NCBI RefSeq assembly: GCF_018350175.1 | Contig: NC_058368.1 | Span: forward strand, 123,444,001 to 123,508,000 | Reading direction: 5' to 3' | DNA length: 64,000 bases | Source: Felis catus | Taxonomy: Eukaryota | Shown: in pieces, positions 24,508-37,742 of the stretch | How positions within the stretch are numbered: the stretch's first letter is position 1 | How the letters are laid out: every line of letters begins with the position of its first letter | The notes under the pieces: generated by a model | Seen by the model: the letters and a program-made list of their open reading frames with translations, nothing else | The model's database searches: none | What the model was told of the DNA's origin: nothing | Position numbers and translations under genes: made by a program

Positions 24508-24735
24508 CTTTTTAAAAAAAATGTTTTAAGTGTTTATTTATTTTTGAGAGAGAGACAGACAGACAGTGGAAGCAAGGGAGGGCCAGAGAGAGAGGGAGGC
24601 ACAGAATCGGAAGCAGTTTCCAGCCTCTAAGCTGTCAGCACAGAGCCCGATGCAGGGCTCAAACTCACCGACCGCAAAATGATGACCTGAGTCCTAGTCG
24701 GACACTTTAACCGACTGAGCCACCCAGGCACCCCT
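24508..24735 (-). mobile_element. Can-SINE
   Basis: Reverse head CTGAGCCACCCAGGCACCCC; TATTTCCTTCT on both flanks. Confidence 0.88.
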
Positions 24736-24934
24736 CGAGTATTTCCTTCTGAGACTGGTTAAAGAAACAAAATATCAAGGGAGACTGCTAAAATCTCTTG
24801 GTGATGATGTAATAATTGCATGATTTATATATTATGATCTATGTATGGTATCCCAAAAGAAAATCAATTATAAATCCTATGCATTCATTTCTAATCAATT
24901 TTTAAATTTCCCACAATTTAAAAGTTCACAGATT

Positions 24935-25145
24935 GGGGCGCCTGGGTGGCTCAGTAGGTTAAGCGTCCGACTTCAGCTCAGGTCACGATCTCACAGTCCC
25001 TGAGTTCGAGCCCCGCGATGGGCTCTGGGCTGATGGCTCAGAGCCTGGAGCCTGCTTCCAATTCTGTGTCTCCCTCTCTCTCTGCTCCTCCCCTGTTCAT
25101 GCTCTGTCTCTCTCTGTCTCAAAAATAAATAAACATTAAAAAAAA
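24935..25145 (+). mobile_element. Can-SINE (young, CpG-rich)
   Basis: GGGGCGCCTGGGTGGCTCAG head; TSD AAAAGTTCACAGATTGG. Lies head-to-head with the SINE at 24508. Confidence 0.92.
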
Positions 25146-25889
25146 AAAAGTTCACAGATTGGTCTTCTGCACAGTCAGATGGAAAGAATCAGAAAGATTA
25201 TCAGATTCTCTTGATAATCAATTAAATTAAAACATACATTGTCTTTATTATGCCAGATCTTTGGGTACTTGACCTTGCCCCATCCAGTATTTAGTGCACT
25301 TGCACTAAATTAAGGAAACTTCTCCCCCCTGAAGGTGGCACTGTGAACAAGGAAGAGTAATTATTAGCACTGTTCACTATAGAACTTACTCAGGAACTAT
25401 AGGACTATATTAATAGTTTTTAAAAAGCATACAACATAACCTGCATCTTGGTTATTTGATGACTTTCATAATCCTAATTGCTTTTTTTCTTTCATTTTGA
25501 TTATTCTCACTTTCCTTTTGAGCTCAAAATTACTGTCAATTGAATTGAGCCCATTAACTATATTGAGATATTGTTTTCTTTACAAAACAAAAACTAATAG
25601 CTAAAATGTATTGAATGCCAGCTATGTTTAGCCAATGTCCTAAGCACTTTAAATACATTATAAGCACTTTTCTACAAACTTTGGCAGTGGAATAAAGAAA
25701 GAAACCATTTTAAAAGAATATTTAATGTCCACAATTCCAACCAACTTGATTTTACTGGGAAATTAAGAGTTTATAAACTTATTTCTCTGCTTTTGGTGTG
25801 GAGGATAACATGTATGGAGATAAGATATGTTTGTCTTCATTAAGTAGAGACTTGACCAAATAAGAGCCTTTATTTTGTTAACTGCTATA

Positions 25890-26027
25890 AAAAGAAAGAG
25901 AAAAAGAAAAAGAAAAAGAGAAAAAGAAAAAGAGAAGGGAAGAGAAGGGAAGAGAAGGGAAGGGAAGGGAAGGGAAGGGAAGGGAAGGGAAGGGAAGGGA
26001 AGGGAAGGGAAGGGAAGGGAAGGGAAG
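25890..26027 (+). repeat. Polypurine microsatellite (GAAAA-type to (GGGAA)n)
   Basis: Pure-purine tract of about 138 nt ending in more than 10 perfect GGGAA units. Confidence 0.95.
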
Positions 26028-26427
26028 ATCTCATTAAGGACATTTTCTGTTTCCTGTTAACAAACCCCAACAAGCCCTGACAAGAATCAGACCTAGTTTA
26101 GCATGGCACAAGCCTCCTAAATTATTTTGTCATCAAGTATGATAAATTGTGATTCAAACAACCTGAAAGTTTAGATTACCTTATTACTCAACAGCCTAGC
26201 AAAATCTTACACCTTCCACTTTGAGACCACATTATTTGAATGCATTATGGATTGGCTGTGTGCCATGGCTGTATTCTTAAGTTTTCTGTAGAGATTCCAC
26301 AGCTTTATGCTCAGATATTTAGTCAACAAATGCTCAGAAAATCTGATTTGTATAACTATTATGAAAAATTTGCTCCTCAGCTGCACCATAAGACCGTCAG
26401 ATCATCACACTTAAATGAAACACTTCT

Positions 26428-26624
26428 GGGGCACCTGGGTTGCTCAGTCAGTTAAGCACCAGACTCTTGATTTCAGCTCCCGTCAAAATCTGTTTCCTTG
26501 GGATCGAGCTTCTCCTCGAGTAGCCTGCTTGTGATTCTCTCTCTCTCCCCTCTCTCTCTGCCCCTCCCCCACTTGCATGCATGCAATTTCTCTGTCTCAA
26601 AATAAATAAATAAACTTAAAAAAA
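26428..26624 (+). mobile_element. Can-SINE (older)
   Basis: Head, (CT)n, A tail; TSD AAATGAAACACTTC. Confidence 0.85.
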
Positions 26625-27556
26625 AAATGAAACACTTCCAACTATGCTTACCCAGTAAGCAAACATACCTGTGTAAATACAGAAGCATTTAGTTAACATT
26701 TCATACTGTTCAAATTAGCAAGTGGGTCATAATTTCAACACAATTGTGTTTACATTTCAGTAATATTATATGCCAGGACCTGATTTACTAGAGTAAGGCA
26801 GTGAGGCAAAGTCTTAAATTCTTCCTTATGGGAATAGGAAACACACAGTAGCATACTAGTGATATTTACAGAGTCATATGGCTGGTAATTTTCTTTAGAA
26901 GCATGTGGAAATTAGCAAAGTCACTGTATGTACGCAGGACTAAAGTATCAATGCTCTCTCTTCCTTTGAAATGTCATAATTATGTTCAACTCCTATTCAA
27001 CAGATTTTTATTCTTCAAACAGCACACACTACAGGGTAAATGGTAAAATTAAATGCCTCTGGTACTCTCAGGCTACAAGTGGAGATATACACAATAATTC
27101 TGATACTCACGGTCTGTGTGATAAAATTAAAATTCAAGGTACTTATAGGATAGTCTTTTTATATAAATAAGTGTACAGTCATCTGTAAGCATTGTCTTCC
27201 TAAGATTAAATAATTTCAATTCTTATTTCTCAATGCTTTGTTTACTGTCCTCCTCTGAATCCTCAGGTTTCAATATTATTATCTTTGGTTATAGAACTCC
27301 AAACTGTACCACCATTATAAAGGCCCCAAGGCTGAAAATTGGAAGAAATGCCTTACTTCCCTTAAATTTCTAGCATTTTGTTTATTTTTGAAGTAATTAT
27401 ACAATATTCATGATCCCATGAAGATATGTTAAATATCTAGCCATAGGGTATTGCTTAAATAAATCATTCCACATTTCTATAATGAGATGGAGTCATTAAA
27501 ATATTTCAGAAATATGGGGCTCCTGGCTGGCTCAGTAGGTAGAATATGTGATTCTT

Positions 27557-30500
27557 TTTTTTTATCACATTTCACTATTATGATTTTTTTTCAAGTTTTT
27601 ATTTAAATCCCAGTTACTTAACATACAGCATAATAGTACCTTCGGGTGTAGAATTAGTGAGTCCTCTCTTACATACAACACCCAGTGCTCATCACAACAA
27701 GTGCCATCCTTAGTACCCTTCACCCATTTAACCAATTTCTGGGGCCCCTTTCAGTAACCCTCAGTTCTCTATAGTTCAGAGTCTGTTTCCTGGTTTATCT
27801 CATTTACCCTCCCCCATGTGCATCTGTTTTGTCTTTTAAATTCCACATATGAGTGAAATCATATGGTATTTGTCTTTCTCTGACTGACTTATTTTGCTTA
27901 GCATAAAACACTCTAGCTGCATTCACCTCACTGCAAATGGCCACATTTTTCTTTTTGATGTCTGGGTAATGTTCTGTTATATATATTCCATTATATGTAT
28001 ATATATGTGGATATATGTACATACATACACACACACACTCCCTATCTTCTTTATCCATTCATCAGTTGATGGACATTTGGGCTCTCTCCATAGTTTGGCT
28101 ATTGTTGATAATGCTTCTCTAAACATTGGGGTGCGTGTATTCCTTCTAATCCGTACTTTTGTATCTTTTGGGTAAATACCTAATAGTGCTATTGCTGAGT
28201 CATAGGGTAGTTCTATTTTTAACTTTTTGTGGAACCTCCATACTGTTCAGAGTGGCTGCACCAGTCTGCATTCCCACCAACAGTGTAAGACAGTTCCCCC
28301 ATCTCCACATCCCTGCCAACATCTGTTGCCTGAGCTGTTAATTTTAGCCATTCTGACAGGTGTGAGGGGACATCTTATCATGGTTTTGATTTGTATTTCC
28401 CTGATGATGAGTGATGTTGAGCATCTTTTCATGTGTATGTTAACCATCTGCATGTCTGTAAAAATGTCTATTTATGTCTTCTGACAATTTTTTAACTGGA
28501 TTATTTGTTTTTTTGGGTGTTGAGTTTGATAAGTTTTTATAGATTTTGGATACTAACCCTTTATCAGATATGAAATTTACAAATATCTTCTCCTATTCTG
28601 TCGGTTGCCTTTTTTATTGATTGTTTCCTTCACTGTGTGGAAGCTTTGTATCTTGATAAAGTCCCAATAGTTTATTTTTGCTTTAGTTTCCCTTTCCACA
28701 GAGGAGATATCTAGTAAGAAATTGCTACAGCCAGTGTCAAAGAGTTTACTGGCTGTGTTTTCTTCTAGGATCCTGACGGTTTCCCGTCACATTTAGGTCT
28801 TTCAACCATTTTGAATTTATTTTTGTGTATGGTGTAAGAAAGTGGTCCAGTTTCATTCTTTTGCATGTTGCTGTCCACTTTTCCCAACACCATTTATTGA
28901 AGACACTGTCTTGTTTCCACTGGCATTCTTTCCTGCTTTGTTGAAGATGAGTTGACCATATAGCCTTGGGTCCATTTCTTTGTTTTCTATTCTGTTCCAC
29001 CAACACATGTGTCTATTTTTTTTAAGTTTATTTATTTTATGAGAGAAACCATGAGCATGGGAGTGGCAGAGAGAAGGAGAGACAGAATCCCAAGCAGCCT
29101 CCGTTCCATCAGTGAAGAGCCCAATATGGGGCTCAAACTCATGAACTGTGAGATCATGACCTGAGCCAAGATCCAGAGTCAGACGTTCAACTGACTGCGT
29201 CACCCACGTGCCCCAATGCATCTGTTTTTGTGCCAGTACACTGTCTTGATCACTACTGCTTTGTACTATAACTTGAAGTCAGAAATTGTGATGCTTCCTG
29301 CTCTTCTTTTCTCTTTCAAGATCACTTTGGCTATTTAGGTCTTTTGTGGTTCCATACAAATTTTTAGGATTGTTTCTTCTAGCTATGTGAAAAATGCTGG
29401 CGGTATTTTGATAGAAACTGCATCAAATGTGTAGATGGTTTTGGTAGTGTAGACACTTCAACAGTATTTATTCTTCTAATCCATGAGCATGGAATGTTTT
29501 TCCGTTTCTTTGTGTTATCTTCAGTTTCTTTCATCAGTACTTTTTTTTTTTATAATTTTTTATTTAAATTCTAGTTAGTTAACATTAAGTGCAATATTGG
29601 TTTCAGGAATAGAATTCAGTGATTTACCACTGACATACAACACCCAGTACTCATCACAAGTGCCCTCCTTAACGCCAATCACCCATCAGTGTATTATAGT
29701 TTTCAGAATACAGATCTTTTACCTCTTTAGTTACATTTATTCCTAGGTATTACGGTTTTTTGTACAATTGCAAATGGGATTGATTCCTTGATTTCTCTTT
29801 CTGCTCCCTCATTATTGGTGTGTAGAAATGCAACATAGGGGCATGAATCTTGTGATTCATGAGTTTAAGCCTAGCGTCGGGCTCCGCACTGACAGTGCAG
29901 AGCCTGCTTGGGGTTCTTTCTGCCCCTCCCCTGCTCGTGCTCTCTTTCTCCCTCAAAATAAATAAATAAATTTAAAAAAAATAAAAGGAAATGCAACAGA
30001 TGTCTGTACATTGATTTTGTATCCTGTGACTTTACTGCATTTTTGTGGTCTTTTGGGTTTTCTTTTTTTTTTTAATTTTTTTAATATTTATTTTTGAGAG
30101 AGAAAGAGAGAGAGAGAAAGAATGGGAGTGGGGAAGGGACAGAGAGAGAGGGAGAAACAGAATCCGAAGCAGGCTTCAGGCTCTGAGCTGTCAGCACAGA
30201 GCCTGATGCTGGGCTCAAACTAATGCCATGAAGTCATGACCTGAGCTGGAGCCAGTCCCATAACCAACTGAGCCACCCAGGTGCCCCATGGGTTTTCTAT
30301 ATAGAGTAACTGTCATCTGTAAATAGTGAAAGTTTGACTTCTTCCTTCCCAATTTGGATGCCTTTTATTTCTTTTTTTGTCTGATTGCTGAGGCTAGACC
30401 TTCCAGTACTATGTTAAATAGCAGTGGTGAGAGTGGACATCTGTGTCTTGTTCCTGACCATAGAGAAAAAGGTCTCAGTTTTTCCCCATTGAGAATGATA

Positions 30501-30645
30501 TTAGCTATGAGTTTTTCATATTTGGCCTTTATTATGCTGAGGCATGTTCCTTTTATCCCTACGTCATTGAGGGTTTTTATTAAGAATGTATGCTGTACTT
30601 TGTTAAATGCTTTATCTGCATCTATCGAGAAGATCATATGGTTCT
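27557..30645 (-). mobile_element. 5'-truncated older carnivore L1 interrupted by later insertions
   Basis: Minus-strand ORF2 fragments ([38 protein letters not shown]); 3' UTR and tail at the left end; degenerate TSD at 27540-27556 and 30646-30662. Confidence 0.9.
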
Positions 30646-30729
30646 TAGAACATTTGATCCTTGATAACCAGGTTGTGAGTTCAAGCCCCATGTTGGGTGT
30701 AGAGTTTACCTTTTAAAAAGTATTTCAGA

Positions 30730-30852
30730 GAGAGGGTGGGTGATGGGTATTGAAGAGGGCACCTTTTGGGATGAGCACTTGGTGTTGTATGGAAACCAAT
30801 TTGACAATAAATTTCATATATATAAAAAAATAAAAAATAAAAATAAAAAAAA
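30730..30852 (+). mobile_element. Short L1 3'-end insertion
   Basis: L1 3' terminus (…GGAAACCAATTTGACAATAAA) plus A tail; exact TSD TAAAAAGTATTTCAGA at 30714-30729 and 30853-30868. Confidence 0.88.
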
Positions 30853-30951
30853 TAAAAAGTATTTCAGAAATAAAAGCCACAAAAGAATCATATTGTTGGG
30901 TAGGAAAAAATGAGTGTACAATGGGGTATGATTTCTGTTCTTTCAAGTATG

Positions 30952-30954
<3 letters not shown>

Positions 30955-31012
<58 letters not shown>
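30955..31012. repeat. (TA)n microsatellite
   Basis: Direct read. Confidence 0.97.
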
Positions 31013-31014
<2 letters not shown>

Positions 31015-32800
31015 CAAAGCAGGGGTAATACAGGTGTTTGTTACTCTTTTTTGCTTGCAGTTACTGATTTTTTAACAAGAAAAAAATGCTTCATTTTGTA
31101 ATAAAATTCTCAGAATTAAAGGAAATTGTAGAATCTTTGTTTATTAACATAATGCCTAACAAATCTAAAGAAGTAGAAATTGTATATACAAGAGAATTCA
31201 TACATTTTTAAGACTTTCCAGCCAATTTTAAAATAGACAAAATTCACAGACTAAACCACAAGCTACTCATCGTAAAAATCAGATCCCAGCTCAGAGTGGG
31301 CAGGTCAGGCTGTGTCCCTAATTGATACATAATTATACATAAGGATACAATTGGAGAGTTGCCTTCCCTTTAGATTCTACAAGTTCTTTTGCTTTTTAAG
31401 ATCTCTCTTTTAACATGGAAATTCCTTGGCCTTGTCACATTATTAAGTGATATTTATTGACATTTTAGCAGAAATTAGGTAAAAGCAAGAATGCAATAGA
31501 GATAAATCCTGGGCATGGCGAAGTGAAGGAGGGGTAAGGAGCATGACAGGCATCAGAAGTTTTGAGGGCCAAAAACAAGCTGCTCAAATTTTACTGAGGC
31601 AGAAGGAATGTAAATTTCCTGAGTACTTGTATTATCAAGTGAGAAAATGTTTGTAAGAGTACTTTAAGAATGTTAGAGCTCTCTACAAATAAAAGCTAAC
31701 ATTTATGGAACTGTAATGTGACCACTGTACTTGTTCCCATTAACATTCAATTATGCAAAAACCTATGGATATCTACCTCTGAGTGAAGTAGGCCCTGCCA
31801 GTGTCTCCATTTTCCAGATAGGAAACTGAGGCATGGAGAGGTTAAAGAATGTGCTGGATCCCACAGCTAGTAAATGATTGAGCTAGGACTAAGACTCAGA
31901 TGGTCTGCTCCAAAACAGCTCTTAGTATTTTTGCTTAAATGTAGATGTTAAAGTTTTTTGTTGCTTTCTTCACAGGCATTATGGTATTTTTTGTTGTTGT
32001 TTATTTGTTTTAATGGCTTTATTGAGATATAATTCACATAGCACAGAATTCGCCCTTAAAAGTCACTGGTTTGGGGAATATTCACAGAGTTGTGTAAGCA
32101 TCACCCTGATCAATTTTAGAGCATTTTGATGAACCCAAATAAATCCCTTACCCTTTAGCAGTCACCCCATTCCCCCTAGGCAACCACTAGTCTGTTTTCT
32201 GTCTCTATGGATATGCCAATTCTGGACATTCCCTAAGTATGGACTCATTCAGCATGGTCTCTTGTGACTGGCTTCTTAAGTTTAGCAGAATGTTTACCAA
32301 GTTTATCTACATTGTAGCATATATCACTTCTTTATTCTTTTTTACTGCTGGACAATATTCTATTGCATGGACACACTACATTTTATTTATTTATCAGATG
32401 GTAGACATTTGCGTTGTTTCTACCTTTTGACTATATGAATAATGCTGCTATGAACATTCATGCAAAAGTTTTTGTATGGACATGTTTTCATTTCTCTCGG
32501 GTAGACATCTAAAAGTGGAATTGTTGGGTCATATGGTGCCTCTATGTTTAACCTTTAAGGAACTGCTAAACTGTTTTCCAAAGTGGCTGTACCACGCTAC
32601 ATTGCCCTCAGCATTATATGGGGATTCTAATTTCTTCATATTCTCACCAACCCTTTTTATCTGTCTTTTTTATTATACCAATCCCAGTAAGTATGAAGTG
32701 GTATCTATCACATTGTGGTTTTGATTTGCATTTTCCAAATGGTGACTGATGTTGAGTATCTTTTCCTAATATGCCATGATATGATTATTTCTAAAACTTA

Positions 32801-34479
32801 GGGGCCCCTGGGTGGCTCAGTCAGTTAAGTGTCCGACTCTTGAGTTTAGCTTAGGTTATGATCTCACAGTTCGTGAGACTGAGCCCCTCTTCGGGCTCTG
32901 CACTAACAGGGTGGAGCATGCTTGGAAATCTCTCTCTCCCTCTCTCTCTGCCCCTCCCCTGCTTCAGATCTCTCTCTCTCACCCTCTCACTCTCCTTCTC
33001 TCTCTCTCTCTCTCTCCCTTTCAAAACTAAATACACATTTTTTAAAAATAAATAAATAAAACATAGAAAATCAAGACCTGAGCTGATAGTAATATGGGAA
33101 AGACCCTAACCTGGGAAAGATCAAGCTCCTGACAACAGGATCCACATTTCATTCATCTTGGAGACTTTCTCAGCACAGTAGAGGTGTTCCAAAAATGTGT
33201 GCTGAATTACACTCCTGACATTCTTTGTAAGTCAGTCATTTCACAGAAGGTGTGCACAAGTATTAAGCTTTCCCAAGTAGAATGTATTTCATTTAAGGGA
33301 GCATCACACTACCTGCATTTCCTACATCACATCAATTGGCATAATGGGAAACAGGACTAGAAACAGGCAGCACTATAGAGTGTAATAAACGGAGTCTCTC
33401 TGGTTGAGGTAGAAAGTCTATATCTGAAAGACTAAACTTTAGAGCAAATGTAAACAGACTGTGAATTCTGCAGTTAGCCTATCAATTCAGATACAAAGAG
33501 CTAATCAGTTTCACATGGTCCAATATAGATAATCAAGAAATACAGAAACGGATTTTTAAAAAAAGAGGATTGATCAAGAATAGGTTACATTGAAGCAGTC
33601 TTGCCCAGGGCTTTGTTGTCACCCTCCTGAGAAATGACAAGTTGTTAACTGCAAATACACACTGAGGCTATGGGCCCTTTGTCATCTGCCTGTAGACATG
33701 CATACAATTGTTTGTAATTTATGTATGATTTACTTCACAAGCTGTAGATTCTCTTCTTTTCAGGCAGTTTTCTTTATAACTTCTCAAGGTAAAAGAATCT
33801 AAAAAACTGGGACACCTGAGTGGCTCAGTTGGTTTAGTTGCCTGACTCTTGATTTCGGCTCAGGTCACAATATCACCGTTTGTGAGATTAAGCCCTGCAT
33901 CAGGCTCTGTGCTGACAGAGTGGAGCCTGCTTGGAATTCTTTCTCTCTGCCCCTGCCCCTGTTTGCACTGTCTTTCTCTCTGTCTCATAATAAATAAATA
34001 AACATTAAAGAAAGAATCTAAAAAACAAAACAAATGAACAAAACACACAGGTAAACAGACTTCTTAATACAGAGAACAAAAGGGAAAGGGGGTAAGGGAA
34101 TGGGTAAAATGGATGAAGGAGATTAAGAGGTACAGACTTCTAGTTATAGGTAAGTCTTGGGGATGAAAAGTACAGTATAGGGAATAGAAGCAATAATATT
34201 ATAATATACTTATTGTGGTAAGTGTTTCATGATGTATGTAATTATTGAATCACTATGTTGTATCCCTGAAACTAATTTAATATATGTCAACTAAAGCGCA
34301 ATTTTAAAAAAAGAGAATCTCTGGGGTGCGTGGGTTGCTCATTCGGTTGTATCCAACTTTGGCTCAGGTCATGATCTCATAGTTTGTGAGTTTAAGCCTG
34401 GCATCAGGCTCTCTGCCCTCAGCATGGAGACTGCTTCAGATCTTCTGTCCCCCCCACCCCACCCTTCCCCTGTTCTCTC

Positions 34480-34514
<35 letters not shown>

Positions 34515-35225
34515 ATAAATAAACATTTAATTTAAAAAAGAGAGAGAATCTCTTTGGGTATTTTTACTCTAAATGAGTAGAGCCAATAGCTATTCATAGA
34601 TACCATCCTGGACAATATCTTATATTCAGCCAAAATCTTCTCACTGTAATTAAATAAAAACAAAACAAATAAAATTAAATAAATTAAATAAAAACAAACC
34701 TAGGTTACGCCACTATTTAATTTACTTGATGAACTCAAAGTAGGTTCCATAAGATAGTTTGATAAAAATGCCAATAAATATACATTTAATAGAATAAGGG
34801 CATTATTGTTTGTATATAACAAAAACTAGATTGTATTTTTTGTATTTGGACAACTTTATTCATCATTCTAATTCGATCTAGGAGTTCCATTTAGTTGAAA
34901 GGTTTTCAACATAACTACAAACTTTTTTTCCCTCTAGTATCAATCTATTAAATATTTTTGTGCCAACCCATAGCTGGATTTCGGGTGCTTTAAGTATTTG
35001 TTTCAGGGACACCTGGGTGGCTTAGTCGGTTGGGCATACAGCTTCAGCTCAGGTCATGATCTTGTGGTTCATGAGCTCGAGCCCCACGCTGGGCTCTGTG
35101 CTGACAGCTCAGTGCTGACAGCTCAGAGCCTGGAGCCTGCTTTGGATTCTCCCCCTCTCTCTGCCCTTCCCCTTCGTACACTCAGTCTCTCTCAAAAATA
35201 AATAGACATTAAAAAAAATTTTTTT
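32801..35225 (+). mobile_element. Cluster of four plus-strand Can-SINEs (starts near 32801, 33809, 34323, 35006)
   Basis: Each has a GGGGC-CCTGGGTGGCTCAG-like head, (CT)n and an AATAAA tail; TSDs visible for three of them. Confidence 0.85.
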
Positions 35226-35761
35226 AAGTATTTGGTTCAGAAGATGAAATACTTCTGAGTACATCACTTTGTAAACTAAAGTCTGAAACTAAGACCATTC
35301 TCCTGTTATAGATGTGACTTTTAGATGTTCAAATTTCTTCATACTACAATGACATAAAGATTTTTCTATAATGTAGCTGTATTCATTATTCACTTAGCAA
35401 CTTTGAATTCATTTTAAAATTCCCATAAAAGTAAGCATAACACATAACCCCATTCCCTCAGCCTCTCTTTCATGCCAAGTTCAGCTCCACTGTTCTCATC
35501 TTTCCATTCCCTCCACATAGCAAAGGTCTCCATTCCTGGTATACATGCATTATGGTTAAGCCACTTACTGTGGAGTGTTTACTCTTAAGAATAGGTATCC
35601 GCAAAACTTTCCGAAAGTAAATGCATACATGTCTTGCTTTCAATCCAGAAACAAAGAACCTAAAGCTAAAGTTTCTCTAAGTAGTAACACCTGAAAGTTT
35701 CTTTATTTGCTATTGAATTTGCTGTTTTACGTTTTGTTTGCTCAATACTTGTGTTCATCTT

Positions 35762-37683
35762 GGGAGGAGGAGCCAAGATGGTGGAACAGCATGGAAGTTT
35801 TTTGTGTGTCTCGTGTCCATGAAATACAGCCAGACCAACACTAAACCATCCTACACACCTAGAAAACTGATTGGAGGATTAACACAACAATCTGCACAGT
35901 CTGAACCACAGAATCAGCAGCAGGTTCATATATTCAGTATTTTTTTCTTTTCATCTTTTACATTTCTTTTCTTTTTCTTGAATACAGAAAGAGAAAAAAT
36001 TCATTTTCATTTTCAACTTTTGTTAAAAATATTTTTCTTTAATTTTTATTACTATATTTTTTACTTTTGTGTAAGTTTTTTCAAATTCTATTTTATTTCC
36101 ATCATTTTATTTTAGTCTACTTCAGTGTATTCACCTTTTCAAATTTTCAAACAATTTCCTTTTTTTCTTTTTTCTTTTTTTCATTTCTTTTCTATTTCTT
36201 GAATGCAGAAAGAGAAAAACTTCATTTTTACTTCAATTTCTATCAAAAATATATTTATTTAATTTTTTTACTATATTTTTTGCTTTCATGTAAATTTTTT
36301 CAAATTCTATTCAACTTCCATCATTTTATTTTAGTCTACTACAGTATATTCACTTTTTCAAATTTTCAAATGATTTCCTTTTTTTTGTTTTTTTCATCTT
36401 TTTTCCCTTTTTTGTTTCTTTTCTTTTTTCTTGAATACAGAAAAAAATCATATTTATTTTTAATTTTTATTACAAATATTTTTCTTTAATTTTTTCTACT
36501 ATATTCTTTCTTTTGTGTATATTTTTTCAAACTCTATTTTACCCCCATCATCTCATTTTAGTCTACTTCAGTGTATCATTTTTTCAAATTCTCAAATGAT
36601 TTCCTTTTTTTTTCTCCCCCCACCTTTTTTTTCTCTAATCTGCCAAACCACTTTCAACACCCAGACCAAAACACACCTAGGATCTAGCATCATCTATTTG
36701 ATTTTTCTGTGTGTGTGTGTTTAATTTTTAATTTTAATATTTTTTTAATTTTAATTTTTTTAATTTCAATTTTTCTACCTCATTAATTCCTTTTCTCCCT
36801 TCAAAATGACAAAGCGAAGGAATTCACCCCAAAAGAAAGAGCACAAGGAAACAACAGCCAGGGATTTAACCAACACAGATACAAGCAAGATGTCTGAACC
36901 AGAATTTAGAATCAGGATAATAAGAATACTAGCTGATGTCGAAAATAGATTAGAATCCCTTTCTGCAGAGATAAAAGAAGTAAAAAATAGCCAGAAATGC
37001 TATAACTGAGCTGCAATCACAGATGGATGCAGTGGCAGCAAGGATGGACAAGGCAGAACAGAGAATCAGCAATATAGAGGACAAACTTACAGAGAATAAG
37101 GAAGCAGAAAAAAAGAGGGAGATTAAGGCAAAAGAGCACAATTTAAGAATTAGAGAAATCAGTGACTCACTAAAAAGGAACAACATCAAACTCATAGGGG
37201 TCCCAGAAAAGGAACAGAGAGAAATAGGAGTATAAGGGTTATGTGAGCAAAGCATAGTGGAAAACTTTCCTAACCTGGGGAAAGACACAGATATCAAAAT
37301 CCAGGAAGCACAGAGGACCCCCATTAGATTCAACAAAAACCGACCATCAGCAAAGTGTATCATAGTCAAATTCACAAAATACTCAGGCAAGGAGAGAATC
37401 ATGAAAGCAGCAAGGGAAAAAAAGTCCCTAACCTACAAGGGAAGACAGATCAGGTTTGTAGCAGACCTATCCACAGAAACTTGGCAGGCCAGAAAGGAGT
37501 GGCAGGATATATTCAATGTGCTGAATCAGAAATATATGCAGCCAAGAATTCTTTATCCAGCAAGGCTGTCATTCAAAATAGAAGGAGAGATAAAAAGTTT
37601 CCCAGACAAACAAAAATTAAAGGAGTTTGTGACTACTAAACAAGCCCTGCAAGAAATTTTAAGGGGGACTCAGGGGAGAAAAG

Positions 37684-37742
<59 letters not shown>

